From Antedon mediterranea (lineage: Eukaryota > Animalia > Echinodermata): 64,000 nucleotides of DNA. The translations under genes and the position numbers were made by a program. Positions within the stretch are counted from its first letter, which is position 1; the number at the start of each line of letters is the position of its first letter. The notes beneath the pieces were generated by a model. It searched no databases. It was not told the origin of the DNA and saw only the letters and a program-made list of their open reading frames with translations. Below, in pieces: positions 36,191 through 50,651 of the stretch. The DNA lies in contig NC_092671.1 in NCBI RefSeq assembly GCF_964355755.1, positions 8,990,001-9,054,000 of the forward strand, given 5' to 3'.

Positions 36191-37833
36191 GTAAGATTCT
36201 AAAATACAGTTTTGAGCTTACTCTGTAAACACAGCGTGTGTAGTGTGGTGCTATGTTATTCCGTAGATATTTAGGTCAAGTGTAAAAGGTATTGTAGCAA
36301 TGATATATCTGTGTGGACTTGATTTCTGAATGATTGTAATAATTGAATTTTTCAAGCGAATGGAATGGCGATGGTGTATTGACTGTAAATATGTGACAGC
36401 AGTCAGCGTGTGCGTAGGCCTAGCTAGTTTTCCATTGAAACGTTGTTCTAGGCTAATATTAATAATAAAAAAAGAGTTCCAAAAGCATGTACATTTCTTG
36501 TAAATAGTTAATGATTTCTTTTGTTTCTTTTACAGCCTAGACTCTCACGTGGTTTCCCTCTCACGTTAGGCCAATCAATCCAATATTGAATGAATGAAGG
36601 AATTAATTTTGTAACATATTGTAGGCCCTAATATTTCGGTATGGAGCACCATAACAGAAATACTTACTACAAAAAACTACCTATGTAAGTAATGTTGACT
36701 AAAAAGTGATAGCGAGGCGAGTATAGCAGGCCGTCTAACCTGTCCTTTACTAGCTGGTAGTAGAACTCAATATATAGTCCAATATATACAATATTTTAAG
36801 ATTATTTACTGTGTTATCCAGTATTATATCTGTATTGCACTCATGAAGGGCTCATGTTGCCCGAAAGCTCTGCTAATTTATATGGTAGCCATGAATATAG
36901 TCTACAAATCAATTGCCTTTTTAAAAATGATAGCTGGAATATTTAGATTTGTTACAGTTTGTTCACATTTTGTAATATACAACAATCACAACATTCACTT
37001 TGTGTGCCAAACCAAACATTTATAAGAATAATATTTTATACAATATAATATTGGGATACATTTTAGTCCTACAGTACCTGTCAATTTTCATGGTTTTTCT
37101 GTAAGTTGTAAAGTAAAGTGTAGAAACTCTTTGTTTTATACCATTGTTTGGGTGATAAACAAATCCAACAAACAAGTAATATTAATAATAACCAATAAAC
37201 ATTTTTATTGACCTTACACACAGGTAGTTCTGTTGTTGTTTAGTGGCTTGTTTTAGCCCAGATGTGAAATTGAGGCTACAGCAATTAATTAATACAGTAA
37301 TAGGAGCACTGGCCTCTCCTAACCTACAACATAGGCCTAATGTTCATAGAGTTATAGGTCTACTGATTTATATAACTTAATAAAATGAAACCTTAAGACT
37401 GGGAAAGCAATATAACCACCCAGGACCAAAGAAAAATCCAGAACTAGGCTGGACTATACTTTTATCCCTACAAATTGTATTTATTTAAAATATTCATATC
37501 GGCACAGGCTAATAATCACATTTTACCTGATAATTTTAAATACCCCCATTTGTTATTTTAAATATTACATTGCATTTCATTTTCCATCTTATAAGACCCC
37601 TAAGCTTTGTGTACTACTGTACCTTCCTTCCGTTTAATTCTGTGTTGTCATGGTGAGGTACAACAATTAAAAATATACATTTCCTGATATCATTTTTGCT
37701 GCAAATTAATTATCAGTATTACTAAGTAGTATAAGACATACAAGTATATTTTAGATGAATTTAGTTTTTAAATGATTTCGATACATGTAATCTTATATAG
37801 TGTTTTATTTTTACCATACTGTACAGTATATTT

Positions 37834-37984
37834 TAAGCTCTGTCTACACTATGAAACTAGTTTGACAAAAACAAGTGTGATGTGCCCAAATTAAATATGG
37901 TAGTGATATGACATCATCGTGTCCTTATATGGGCACATAACATATTTTTGTTACATAAAGTTTGATAGTGTAGACAGAGCTTTA
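37834..37984. mobile_element. MITE family A copy
   Basis: TAAGCTCTGTCTACACTATGAAAC ... GTTTGATAGTGTAGACAGAGCTTTA. Confidence 0.85.
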
Positions 37985-39914
37985 GATCTATTTTATATTT
38001 TTCAATTGAGTATTAATTTAATTAAGTTTTCTGGTCTAGAGCAATATACAGTGAATGTTTATACACATAAATACTATAGTATTAATATCATCAGCATTTT
38101 TGTATTTCACATCAAAACAATAAATCATATGTTTTCTACCTCAGGATCTTTGAAAATGACAATTTATTAATGTATACAGTTGTTATTTGACGGTACACTA
38201 CTACTACTTAAGAGAAAATTACAAAATAGCTTTTTAGTGTGTGTGATAAATCATTGTACAGAGCAAGCTTTGAAGGTTTAGGGTCAGACATACATACATG
38301 CGATTCAGAGTCATTATAATGTATATAAAGAAGAATTACTGTACATTTGATCATTATTGTCAGTTACCGAAACTAAATATTTTTATGTTACATATCAATT
38401 TAACTACATATTGTTGATACAATAGGACAAAAACATATTGCACAAATATTATATAAACACTGCATTATGATTCAAGGCATATTGTTTATCTTTAGGTTTA
38501 GCTTTCTCTCCACTAAGGTGCAGGATTGGAATTCTAAGGCATGGAAATATCATTTTATGAATACTCAATGTTTTAAAAATTAACAATTAATCACTTGGTT
38601 TATTATTTTGTAAATTGTTGTACAGTAGTACTGTTTGTTCTTTCTTAAATTGTATTTTGGTGAAACAGTATTTATTTTAATATTGAAATCATTGTTGTAA
38701 TGCAATTACAGTACATAGCCTTCATTTTGGACAGTATTATTACAACTGAATAAAAAAAAATTTACTGTACAACCATCTTTTTTTTTTCAAAAACTAAATT
38801 AAGCATCAAATTTAATATATTAAAAAATAATGGTTGTTCCTTTAACAACAACAACATATGCGCTACTTTTCTGTTAGTCTTTGTGGATAAAAAGAATGTG
38901 TCACATGATCAATCAGTGTGTACTAGTGAAGGGTAATTAGCATAGAGGATATTAAGTCCCCCTTGCTAATACAAATGGGCTGTTTTACTTAGTGCTATCC
39001 AAATATCTAGCTGTCACACTTTTCCTGTTTTCTAATTTTTTTAATTTTTTTTATTCAATTCATGCTAAATTCAAGAATTATCAGAGGAGAAAATTAAAAT
39101 AGCGATTTAACTAAATATAAATAAATATTGTATTTTTAATCTGTTTTTAGTGAAAAATAGTAGTGTACTGTAGATTGTTAGTTTCCTGTGGTCTAAATTC
39201 TGTACATAACTAAAGGTTTTTATTGATTATAATTATGCCACATTTACATTATCATGTTCATTTGTGAACATTTTTGTACTTACTCTAAGGCAACAAGAAA
39301 TGAGGCATGTCCGAGATGTCACTGAATGTGTAACATCCAAGGCGTGTCCCTACTCATAATGTGTATCATACCATCCAGGGTATTTCCTCACAATTTGCGA
39401 TTAAATTTGGCCTGAAATTAACAACACACTACAGACTTACTGTACCTGTACTGTACCTCTATTTTAAAAAATTGTGTGTGCATTCATTTCAAGAGAAAAA
39501 TATGTTGTTTCTTCAATCTACTGTAGTCTTGGAATAATAGGAAAACAATATCTTATTATAGAAAAAGAATTATACTGTAGTACTGTAGAATGTCAAGTAC
39601 TATAATGTGCTGTACTCTATGCTGTCAAGTTTTTCAGCCACTGTAGCCTTGAGGAATGCTATTTTTTTTTTTTGAAGAATGTTGAGTTGACCCCTTGACT
39701 CGACCTTGCATTCCTTTAAACTGAGAAACTGCCAAATAAATTCAACTGTCATATCATGTCAGTATTTTGTAATAAAATTAACTTACCATTTCTGTAATTA
39801 ATGAAATTTAAAGAATTATGATGTATTGTACTTTACTTGTAACAAAAATTTATGTTATTTTTTTAGATGTGATTAAGAAACATTTAATTAGTTCAAACAA
39901 CTCACCGATAACTC

Positions 39915-42900
39915 ATGGAGGCTACGTGCGAGAATATGGTGCTAAAACGTAAACACTCCCCCACCCCTGTAGGCAATTGGGACAACTTGGAACATAATGG
40001 AAGACCCAATTCCCCATCATCAAGTGCTGATGAAGCGTCTTGTAAGTACTGTAACACTATCAAATTAATTTTCAAGCATGTTAAGTTAGACCTGTTGCTT
40101 AAAGCACAAAGCTTAATTCACACTAGAATGCAGTGCAATGACATACACTTACAAGTTATTTGACTGTCGTATGCAATAGCTCATCATCTGAATGGATGTG
40201 AATTGTACTCTACTAATAATATTGTTGTCTTTTATAGGCGAGTCTGCACAACCAAAGAGAAAGAGAAAAAAGCAAGTAAAGTTTAATGGTGTTACTGTTT
40301 ACTATTTTCAAAGATCTCAGGGTTTCACTTGTGTTCCAAGCCAAGGAGGTTCTACTCTTGGTAAGGATTTGTTCTGATCATTTGACATTGTAGGCCCTGT
40401 TTTTATACATACTGTACTGTAATTAGAGTGAGTGGATTGTTGCTACTGACAATTGTAACATTCTTGTGTTATCTTGTGCCATGTTTTCTAATTTGTCTTC
40501 ATGTATATGATATAACACAGTATAACTTTGTATGGAATTGTCTAATTGCCTGACACCTTGAAAGTCAATCATCACAGACCTGTACTGTACATGAAACTAA
40601 AATAGGCACAGTGGCAGTGAAGTTGTGTAGGTTCTCTCTCATACATAGTCATACTGTATGTAATACCTTCAGCTAAAGGGTAGTGCTAGGTAGAAATAAA
40701 GAAAGTGATCACCTACTCACTGTAATCTACCTCTTGCTAACATAACTACTGTATGTCCATGTGTTTCATATCATGAAATGGGACCTGTCACATGCTATAA
40801 CAAAATTATTTTGAATTTCACAGGAATGGAACATATTCATGAATTTAAAGAGAATTACAGTTTGAATGCCTTTGCTCTGGAACAAGATCGACAACATCGG
40901 GAACTTTTAAAAGAACAACTCTTACAAAGAAAACAACGACAAATGCTTGACCAAACTGAATCGGAACTGTTGGATAAAAGCATACAAGAAATTGCCGACA
41001 ATGAACTAGCAACAATAAATGTAGAAGAATACTACTTTCTACAGCCTGTGAACACAAAAAGACGAAGAATTATGCTTCGATCAGCAGGCGTGACCAAAAT
41101 CGAAAGCTGGGAAAAATCTGAATTGAAGAAAATCCGATTGTCTCGTGAAAAGTGTGGCTGCGATTGCAAAGTAGTTTGTAATCCGTCAACGTGTGCTTGT
41201 AGTTTAGCTGGAATCAAATGCCAGGTTGACAGATTATCTTTTCCATGTGGATGTAGTAAGGAAAGCTGTGGAAATGTAACTGGAAGGGTTGAATTCAACC
41301 CCATTAAAGTAAGGACTCACTTTCTACACACTCTAATGCGTTTAGAGGTTGAAAATGGAAAAGTGTCCGAAGATATTACTGATAATGACACTGATTATAC
41401 TAAACTGGAAAATTCAGTTTATTTAGATGAAAGTACTGACCGAGTTCTTGATCACGGTCAATGTAAAGAATGTGATTCAATACCTTACTCAGACTATAGT
41501 GATCAGTATACATGTGATCAATACTTAAATGGACAGAAACCTGGTGAACAAGGTCAATTTATTCAACAACTAGACTCCAATAGTACTCCTATGAACTTTT
41601 CTTGTACAAATACAAATATTCCACTTGATCTTCAATCTCATAACAATTCAAACAACCAGTGTGATGGTAACTATGATGGCGAATCTAATCACAACACCTT
41701 GAACATGTCTATCAACAATTTGTGCAATGTTTCCCAGTCGGATATCGGCGATTATGCCAGTACCACATCGGATGAAAGCGTGACCTCTGAATCGGATTCA
41801 GAACCTCCGTATGTTCATCCGACAATCTCTGTGGAAAATACAGACTTTGGTTCTACTTCTTCAAACAACATAGAGAAAAGTATTTTTCAAACACCTGATT
41901 CTTCACCAGAACAGCAATACACTAAGTTGATGCCCCTTGACCTTTCACATGCACTAGGTGATTTTGACACTTGTGGTGCCTCCCCAACCTACACACAATT
42001 GAGCACAACCTCGCGGTCGTGTCCCGATGCATATTATTCCCAGGTTTCTCACGACTCATACACAAACTATTTAACAGACTGCCACCATTTCGCCAGCAAT
42101 GCATCCAAGGCTGAAAAAACACGCTTCCAAAAATTGAACACAATCACTTCTTCTTGTACACTTGGAAGTCATTCTGATTTTGGTTGTGGTGGTTACAACT
42201 TAAACGATTCCAGACCGTCTACAGAACATACAGCAGACTCTAATATGCAATCTATTGACCAATCTGACTTTGCATTATGTGAGGATGAATCCACCGTTGA
42301 CTACTTCAATGAGAATGCAAGTGGACAAGAATACAAAAAGGGTACGAGTGCAGGTGTACATTTAAAACATTTTGAAACCAATATTATAAGTAAGGTGTCT
42401 TCTACTGTCAAAGATGGATGTTTTAAGCAGGATGTCTGTTTGCCATCAAATGAACACTGTCAGAATTTAACAGGTGATTGCCAAGCAACTTCTCAGTTGC
42501 AGTTATCTGATAGAGAAGAAAATAGTAAGTTTATTGTAGATAAGCGTGACATATCACCTGCCAGTTCTTCTAACATACCATTTGTTGGGTCACTGCAGGA
42601 TCAAGTGTGTGTGGCAAAAGGGCAAATATCTGAATCATACGCGACATCTGCAGACAACCGGTTTATTGTTAAAAGGGTTGATGTGTCTTCATCATCTGGT
42701 GATTCTTCCAACCTACCATTTGTTGGGTCATTGCAAGAGCAAGTGTGTCTGGAAAATGGACAAATATCTGAATCGTACCTGATATCCGATTCACGTTTAA
42801 CACCTGAACCAGATGTAAGTGAATCTCTCTTATTTGATGTTCATTCATTTGAAGAATCTCGAAAAACAGAATATCAAGGTAGTGTGCTTGTAGAGCAATC

Positions 42901-43750
42901 AACATCACAAAACTGTTTATCAGAAAAGCAATTATCATCTGATAATGCATCAGAATATTGTCTTAGTAGCAGAGATAACAAAACTGAGGAGTTCTTGGAA
43001 TTAACTAAAGCACAAGGTGATATTAACAAGGTTGACATTCCATTGAAAGAACCAGTTGACAGAGAAGCCAATCTAGATTTACCTTTTGACTGCCAACTTC
43101 CTCAAGATAAACCAACAGCTGATGTCCGTTTGCAGCCCCTACCAGCAGCTGATAACAGTTTGCAGCCCACACCAGCAGCTGATAGCAGTTTGCAGCCCGC
43201 ACCAGCAGATGATAGTAGTTTGCAGCCCCTATCAGCAGCTGATAACAATTTGCAGCCCGTACCAGCAGACGAAAGCAGTTTGCAGCCTCTATCAGCACCT
43301 GATAAAAGTTTGCAGCCCACACCAGTAGCTGATAGCAGTTTGCAGCCTACGCCAGCAGCATGTAACAATGTGCCTGCACCAGCACCTGATATAAGTTTGA
43401 ATCCTATACCAGAAGCTGCCAATAATCTCTTGCAGCTCACATCATATGATAAAAGTCTACAACCAATACACGCTGAAGTCAAATTGCTGCAGCCCACATC
43501 AGAAGCAGCTAATAATTGCTTGCAGCCAACACCAGAAGTGGCTAATAATTGCTTACAGCCCATATCAGTAGCAGATAATTGCTTGCAGCCGACCTCAGTT
43601 TCAGCTGATAGATTTTTGCAGCCCACACCAGCAATGACTGATGATGATTTACAACTCACACCAGCAGTAACTAGCTGCTGTATATTCAGCAAAGACACAG
43701 TCCAAACTCTACCTGACAACAGCATTGGAACAACTCAAGAAACTGAATGA
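39915..43750 (+). CDS. CSRNP: Cysteine/serine-rich nuclear protein (CSRNP/AXUD1 family); coding exons 39915-40041, 40238-40360, 40824-43750
   Basis: Diagnostic motifs [63 protein letters not shown] and [22 protein letters not shown]. Splice phases agree. Confidence 0.96.
43129..43680 (+). repeat. Coding minisatellite, 30-33 bp units (LQP.PAAD.S)
   Basis: About 17 in-frame 10-11 aa units at the CSRNP C-terminus. Confidence 0.9.
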
Positions 43751-44446
43751 AAAGTTGTCTAGAGACTTGCCATAAAAATCATTCAAAGAAAAATTAGTTT
43801 TATTCATATTTTTAATTGAGATTTAAAAAAAAAAGTATTTTTAATCTATAATGAGAGGAATGAATATCTTTTAAAAATTTAAACTTTACTACTCAATAAA
43901 ATGGAAAAAAAGGTACTGTACCAACTATTAATCATGCTGAAATTTCAATATTATTTATATTTTATACTATTTGTCGTTAAAAGCATATTTTCTCATGTCT
44001 TGCATTCAATTGATTGTTTATTTACGTCTATTTTAAGATTACTTTATGAAAGTAAATTTGGATAAATCGCAGTTTATTTCCCTAAATAATGATGAAGATT
44101 TAGCATGACAAAACCCACAATCATAAAAATAACCTGAACATTATAATAACAATGATGCCGAGTTCCATTTCTGCCTCCTCTAACATTTATTAATATGTGT
44201 AACTGGCAATCAAATGAAATATTCATGCCGAGGGAAATTGAAATTTCCTGTTTTTTACCTATTATTAGGTTTTGACTATTTTGATGTGTTTTTTCAAGAT
44301 ACAGCTTACCGCAAGACATATTCAACCTGGTTTTATTTTTTGTTAAACCCAAACTTAAAAATAACGATTTGTTTAGCTCTTAGAGCAGTCTGTTTCAATA
44401 GGGTAACACAGTTTGGTGTAGTTATCAGTATGTTTATGAGTAAAAA

Positions 44447-44541
44447 GTATATATATATATATATATAAGTATATATATAAGTATATATATATAAGTATAT
44501 ATATAAGTATATATATATATAAGTATATATATAAGTATATA
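44447..44541. repeat. Compound microsatellite (AAG(TA)n) in the probable CSRNP 3' UTR
   Basis: Repeated GTATATATATAA units. Confidence 0.95.
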
Positions 44542-46742
44542 AAATGTGCACATCAACTCAAATTTAACAGTAGAATTTCAAAACCCCTTAATAAGGTTTG
44601 TCCAATAGTCTTAAAAAATGTATTTGCCCTTATTCGTTTCATAAGGATGAGTTCCTCTGTAATTGGTATGTTGCCCTATGGATCCAAATGTACAGTACTT
44701 TTAAACAAAACTTATGTTCAGAAAAGTTACAATTAAGTTTGTTTGTTTTCTTGGTTGTTTCAATGACCAATGTACCCACCTAAGTTGCTAGATTTTATGA
44801 ATATTTATTATTTAATCTGTTCAGTTATTGAGGTACCACCTTTTATAACCACCTAAATTGTTTTTAATAAGATTACTCACATTTGTAAGTATCAATGTAT
44901 GATAGGCATGTGAAAGCAAAAAAAGATATAAACTGTTATGTCATTTAGGTTAAGAAAACAGTGTTGTAAAAATGCGTTATTGTTAATCAAAATATTTATT
45001 AAAGTGCTTTGCTGTATGGATAAATGTATGCTTAGTTTAATGAAACCTTGAATGATATTTAAAAAGTTGTACCGCAGCGCATGAGAGGTGCCAATTATCA
45101 GTTTCTAATGAAGGTGCTTAGTTATTATATCCTATCAGGTCCAAAATCTTATATAATAATAACACACTTTTTAAAGACATATTTAACCAGCACAATTGTG
45201 AACAGTACTTTTGGAGAGCTGATGTCTATTTTTTTGTTGGTTAGAAATTATAATGTATTACAAGAGGCTTTTAAAATTTATTTATTTAATATAATTAATA
45301 CTGTGCTTAGGATATGTCAAATTGCAGATAGGAAAATCTACACTTCACACTGCATAGAAAGAAAATGTGAACAAGTATGACAATAACATTTTATAATTTG
45401 AAATGTGATTATGGTTTTATGAATTTTAATGTAATTTATGTTTATAAAAAGGACCAAGACACAGGGACCCCATTAAGTACATAATAACATAAAAATTCCA
45501 AAATCTAAAACAAAACTTTATGAAAGTTATGCGACCTGATTTTCATAAAGTTTACTGTATAAATTACAGCTATACACTTACTTGTATTAAAATTAGGTTT
45601 TAATTTATTGGAAAAATTGTTGTAAAAATGAACCTTAAATAGAAAATGAAATGCAGTATAATGCAAGCAGCTCAATGTTCCTGTTGAAACTGGAAACAAA
45701 GGTAAAATGTACTTCCTAGCTTTGTACAAAAAAAAAGCAAATGTGTGTTTACTGCTCGTATTTTTGTAGCATCATCATTATAGCTATTAAACTAAGCACC
45801 ATTCAAATTGTGTATACTGTACCTGCCAATTCTCTAAAATATAGTGAAAATGTATATCTTCCTAAATGTTTTTTAAACGTAGTAGTTTCTGAATTTCATT
45901 TTACTTTATTTTTTTTGCCACAGAAACTTCTTTAAAACTATTTTTTGTTGGTGCTTTACATTAGAAAAAGTGTATTTTTCTTGAGACAGTAAATATGTGC
46001 TTGTCATTTATAAACTAAAGTTTAATTTTAGTCGGAACTATTGATATGCTTTGTGCAATTGATGTAATTATATTATGGTTGTTTCAATGTTTAAATCTTG
46101 TCTTTTGGTTTTTGTTGTAACAAATGTTTTCCTATACACTACAATCTGGTATTGAGAAAGTAAGCTGAACTGTTAAGAGAAACTAAGGTTCAAGTATAGT
46201 CAGAATTGTGATCAAGAGATTAATAAATAATAAAAATGTTATTCGAATGGAACAAGGAGACCACAGTAGGTGCACAGCCCCAGGGAAGAACACCCATGTG
46301 TTGATCTGGCCCTGCATGGTTAAATAAAGTTGAATTGATGTTCCAATTCCATATTCCTTTGCAATCGCGTCCAGCAGCCATTTAACAAGCGCCCTCTCAT
46401 CAGTCAACGACAGGGCATGTATAAACCAGGAAAACATGCAAACGTGAAAATCCTCAGATTTCAGTTAAATAACATAAACATAATATCAGACCAAACTCAA
46501 GCATTGTTAAATACAACTTTTAATGCATTCAATCAGTCGGCCAAACTAATGAAATTGTTTACCGTAAACATTATTATCCTTTTTTATAAAACGTATTTCT
46601 ATATTATACGAATGTAATTTATGGCAAATAACTTACAATTCTATTTATATTCCAGGTAGTCTATATGTAATGTTCAAAATACGATTAGTTACATATCGGT
46701 CTTTTTCATAACTACAATAGTGCCAGTAGCTGGGTACATATT

Positions 46743-49700
46743 TTATTTCTTCTTCATAGCAAAACTGTTTCCATTAGCTGGATGGTTGATCACTAACAAG
46801 AATGCAGCATATCCAGATAGTGTCATCTTATTTTCTAAAACCAAACATACATGAAAATAGTATTAATTTGTATATAAATTATGATAGTTTTGTTTTTTGG
46901 TTTTATATATTTAGGAAAATTTCCAAGGATAACCATAAGCGAATCCATTCAGCATCTTTCTAAAGGTGGCAATCCCGTTCAAGCAAGATATACACAAGAT
47001 GCTCTACATAAACGTCTTATTACAAGTCTTTGAGGGTGGAGTTGTAAATTTTCATTAGAAAAAAATCTTGAAACTGACATGACTTGAACCCAGGACCCTT
47101 GGATTAGTAACCAGGCATCATAACCACCAAGCTTTACTTGTAAATACTAAAATTGACTTGGTAAGTTACTATATAGGACTATTAATTATCAGGTTTTCCA
47201 AATAGCTTCCATGGTTGTACTTACCAGACACGTTTGTTGATAATTCTATCCAATTCTGCAGCCAATTTCTAAAAACTTGGTCAGTTAAACCATCCATTGA
47301 ATAGAAGCCACGGTCAAAGCAAATCTGTGAAAATAATATATGAATATAATGTTTGGTTTGTGATCCAATTATTTTACATAATTTAGAAATTAAATGATTT
47401 ATTTAAAACAAACAATAAAATAAAAATCACTTGTAATAGACGCCATGATAAAAAAAATCTGTGAAAATAATATATGTTTAGTTCGTGATTCAATTATAAC
47501 GCACAATGTTGTCCATTAGTAATGATCATTTAAAAGTGCTGTACAAGGAAACCATTAGCAACGATATAAAGCTCTGTCTTCACTATCAAAGTTTATGTGA
47601 CAACAAAATATGATGTGCCCATATATGACAATGTCTTATCACTACCATATTTGGGCATATCACCACTATATTTGGGTACATCACACTTTTTTTGTCAAAC
47701 TAGTTTGATAGTGTAGACAGAGCTTAACAAAATTCTATATAATATAGATGTCTAAAGACTATTTTTATTTAGGAAGGTGTATTGCCAATCGCTCCATTTC
47801 CAAGATGCTCCACATAAGTGAGTAGAGAAGTTGAACTTGAGACTATGAGATTGAAAGGCAAGCACAAGTTGTATATCTAAGTTATTTCTTTGTACAGTAC
47901 CCTCTGGAGCTGCACAAGATCAAGTTTGTGAAGGTCGTTGTCCCTTTTGATTCCTTTATCTATCGTTTGAAGTTCGGTCAAGCTGAACACAAGTCTACGG
48001 CGTAAGAAGAATGATGGTTGGAGGTATGGATTTATGGATAACAGCTTACATATATCTACCTGTGTAAAGATAAAATTAAATTGTACTATAATTCCGGTTT
48101 CCTAACACTTTGTGACCTAAAGGCTTTTAAACTCTACAAAGGGTTGAAATACTATAAATATTCCTATGTACCCTTTCCCAATTGGTTTAAATTTAGAATT
48201 TATTTTACTTTGCACCTCCCCATACTCATAGCCCCATCATAATTGTTATATTTATGCAGGGAGTTGTTAATAACCCTAATAACAACTCCCTGATTTATGT
48301 ATGTGCAAAAATGATGTTTTGGTTAACCAAGCATTGACAGTTGTATAGTAGTAGTAGAATCTTCAAGACATTGGAGATATATAGAATATGTATGGATATT
48401 CATTGAATGCAATGGATGTGTATGTAAAAGCTGGTTGTGTAAAAACTTAGATGCTTTTCCATCATTGGAACAACCGTGCTAAATCAATTAAATGTAAAAC
48501 ATACTAATTGTTTCTTTTGTAAATTAGCAACGTCCAATGATTCTTCAAACAAATTTCTTGAGTTGATTAAATCGTGTGCGACAGTCGCTTTCCCCTGTTC
48601 AATCTGAAAAATGACAGAGTATCATATCATTTTGAATATAATCACACAAACTTGGTTATCAGACTAGAATTGCAGCTCACAAAGATTATTTTATTCCTAC
48701 AGGTACTCATGAAGAAGAATTAGTCTATCTGACTGTAAAATGACTTAGATTTAGTCTGACAGAAAGATTGACAGCAATGATGTACTGTAAAACTAATCCT
48801 TAAATGGTGATTATTGTGGATTATGATGGGTATGTATTTTATTATGAGCTGGACAGTTTAGTTAATAAATTTATTTATATTTATTAAATATCATCGAGGA
48901 AGGTTATTATTGGACATGGATGGTAGTCATCGTAGCGGGTAATTATGCTCGGGTAACCATCCTAGGTGATAATTGGTGCTATAGTGATTATTTCAGTCTG
49001 AAAAGTGACATAACCTACCCTTGTGATTATTATATCGAGCATTTCCTTCTCGGCCTTTGTCCTGCACTGTGAATTTTTTAGATGTTTTACAACTTGTGGG
49101 TATGATTTAACTCGACGTTTCTGATCATTTACCCTGTATTTGTTCTGTTGTTCAGCTGTAAAGAACTGCTGACTTAGCAGTAGGCGCGGTCTTAGTGCTC
49201 TGTTTATAGATAGAATATTTCATTAGCTAACTCTAAAATCTCAACCGTAAAATTGATTAGGATTTTTATTTTTTTTTTGCATTTTGAATTAAATGAAATT
49301 TAATTAGTGTATTGTTATGCTAAAATAAATAGGAATATTATATCTTCTACTACTTACACAATAACCAGAACAGCATAAAACACAACTGGAAAGAGGCAAA
49401 GTACCAGTGTTGGTGTCACCTTATAAAGATCTCTACGATACTACAAGAAAATATAATTCTTGAATTGAAAGAAAAATAAGTACTTATATGGATTGCCCCT
49501 TGACCAATGATGTTAACCTTTGACACACTCAAAATGAAGGTAGTAAAACTGAGGTCATTAAAGCACGGGCAGACATCCATTAGCAACAACTAATTCACCA
49601 GAAGACATTATTTTTCTGGCATCATTTGATGATGACTATTTGTGTTTTCCCCCTTACCTGTCTAATAAAAACAATATCTTTCCAAGGCAAATCCAGGTAA

Positions 49701-50651
49701 GATATCTTATTTTCTTTCATCTTTTTGCGTAAATGTAATCTATATTTAGTATCATGCCATGTAGTTTTTGCTCCTGAAAAAAAAACCAATTTAATTTATA
49801 GTGTTCTTAAATATTAAAATGGTTATGACAGAAATGGAACAATATACATTGTTATTGGTCTTTTATTATTTGATTGGTTTGTTAGTGACTTGCAGGGCAA
49901 TACTAAGTTGATACAGTATTGTACTAAAGAATTGATCATTGAAGGGAATTGTACTTGAAACCCATCTCCCCTCAAATTCAAATTTGAATATGTACTAACC
50001 TCCTATGACCTGCATGTTCACCTTGTAATACCTTGGGAAACGTTCCCTGATATAGTCAAAATATTTCTGTTCATATTTTTTGTACACTCTTAGCAAACCA
50101 GTACTGTCATGTTTCTCATTTTCACGTGCATTATATTGTGATGTAGTACAGAATCCAAGTGTGTTGAGCTTATTTTTTAGACTAAAAAAAGAAATGTTAA
50201 GAAAAGATGATCCAATACAATAACACAAGGAGTTATCCGCAAATTGTAGTAGTAGGCCCTATATTATATATAAATAACCTTAACGAACTGTACAATACGC
50301 CACCTCGTAACAGCTGTATGTAGGGGGTTTGTAGGTGTAGTAGATAGGGGAAGGCCTCTCTAGGTAGGCCCTGGTTTAGACTCCATGCACAAACTGTATA
50401 GAGACATAATTAGGCCCAGGGCCACCACCTAGCCTAGGCGCGCCTAATACAGAGTTCAGTTATGTAGTAAGCAGGCCTAGCTAGATGGCCCCGACTACAG
50501 AATATTATTAATCTAAAATTCTATTAGAATACATTTTTTACCAAATTAAGTTTAAGTTCACATTTTTTGATTCTAAAAAACCGTATTGTAAACTTAAATA
50601 TGCACTTTTATTCGCTCTCAAAAGAGAGGTGGTTGTACAAAAACAACTCAT
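46743..50651 (-). CDS. LETMD1: LETM1 domain-containing protein 1 (mitochondrial)
   Basis: Exons start at about 50651, 50181, 49773, 49440, 49199, 48603, 48059, 47324 and 46834. Motifs ERFPRYYKV, ISYLDLPWKDIVFIRQ, RPRLLLSQQFFTAEQQ, ICFDRGF and NWLQNWIELS parallel human LETMD1. Stop TAA at 46745-46743. The first exon (50651-50542) is inferred from phase compatibility. Confidence 0.85.
46980..47135 (-). mobile_element. tRNA-derived SINE copy
   Basis: Minus-strand A box AGCTTGGTGGTT and B box GGTTCAAGTC; body shared with 32750-32985. Confidence 0.7.
47567..47727. mobile_element. MITE family A copy
   Basis: TAAAGCTCTGTCTTCACTATCAAA ... TTTGATAGTGTAGACAGAGCTTAA. Confidence 0.85.

Noticed and set aside
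43023-43725. Antisense and alternative-frame repeat ORFs (GCKLLSAA..)
   Set aside because: Shadows of the CSRNP coding minisatellite.
46183-46437. 84-aa minus-strand ORF downstream of LETMD1
   Set aside because: LETMD1 already ends at 46743 with a homologous C-terminus. The ORF has no recognisable domain or good splice sites.
50279-50393. Extra LETMD1 exon in intron 1
   Set aside because: Its acceptors are phase-incompatible with exon 1 or create a stop, while exon 1 joins 50181 cleanly.
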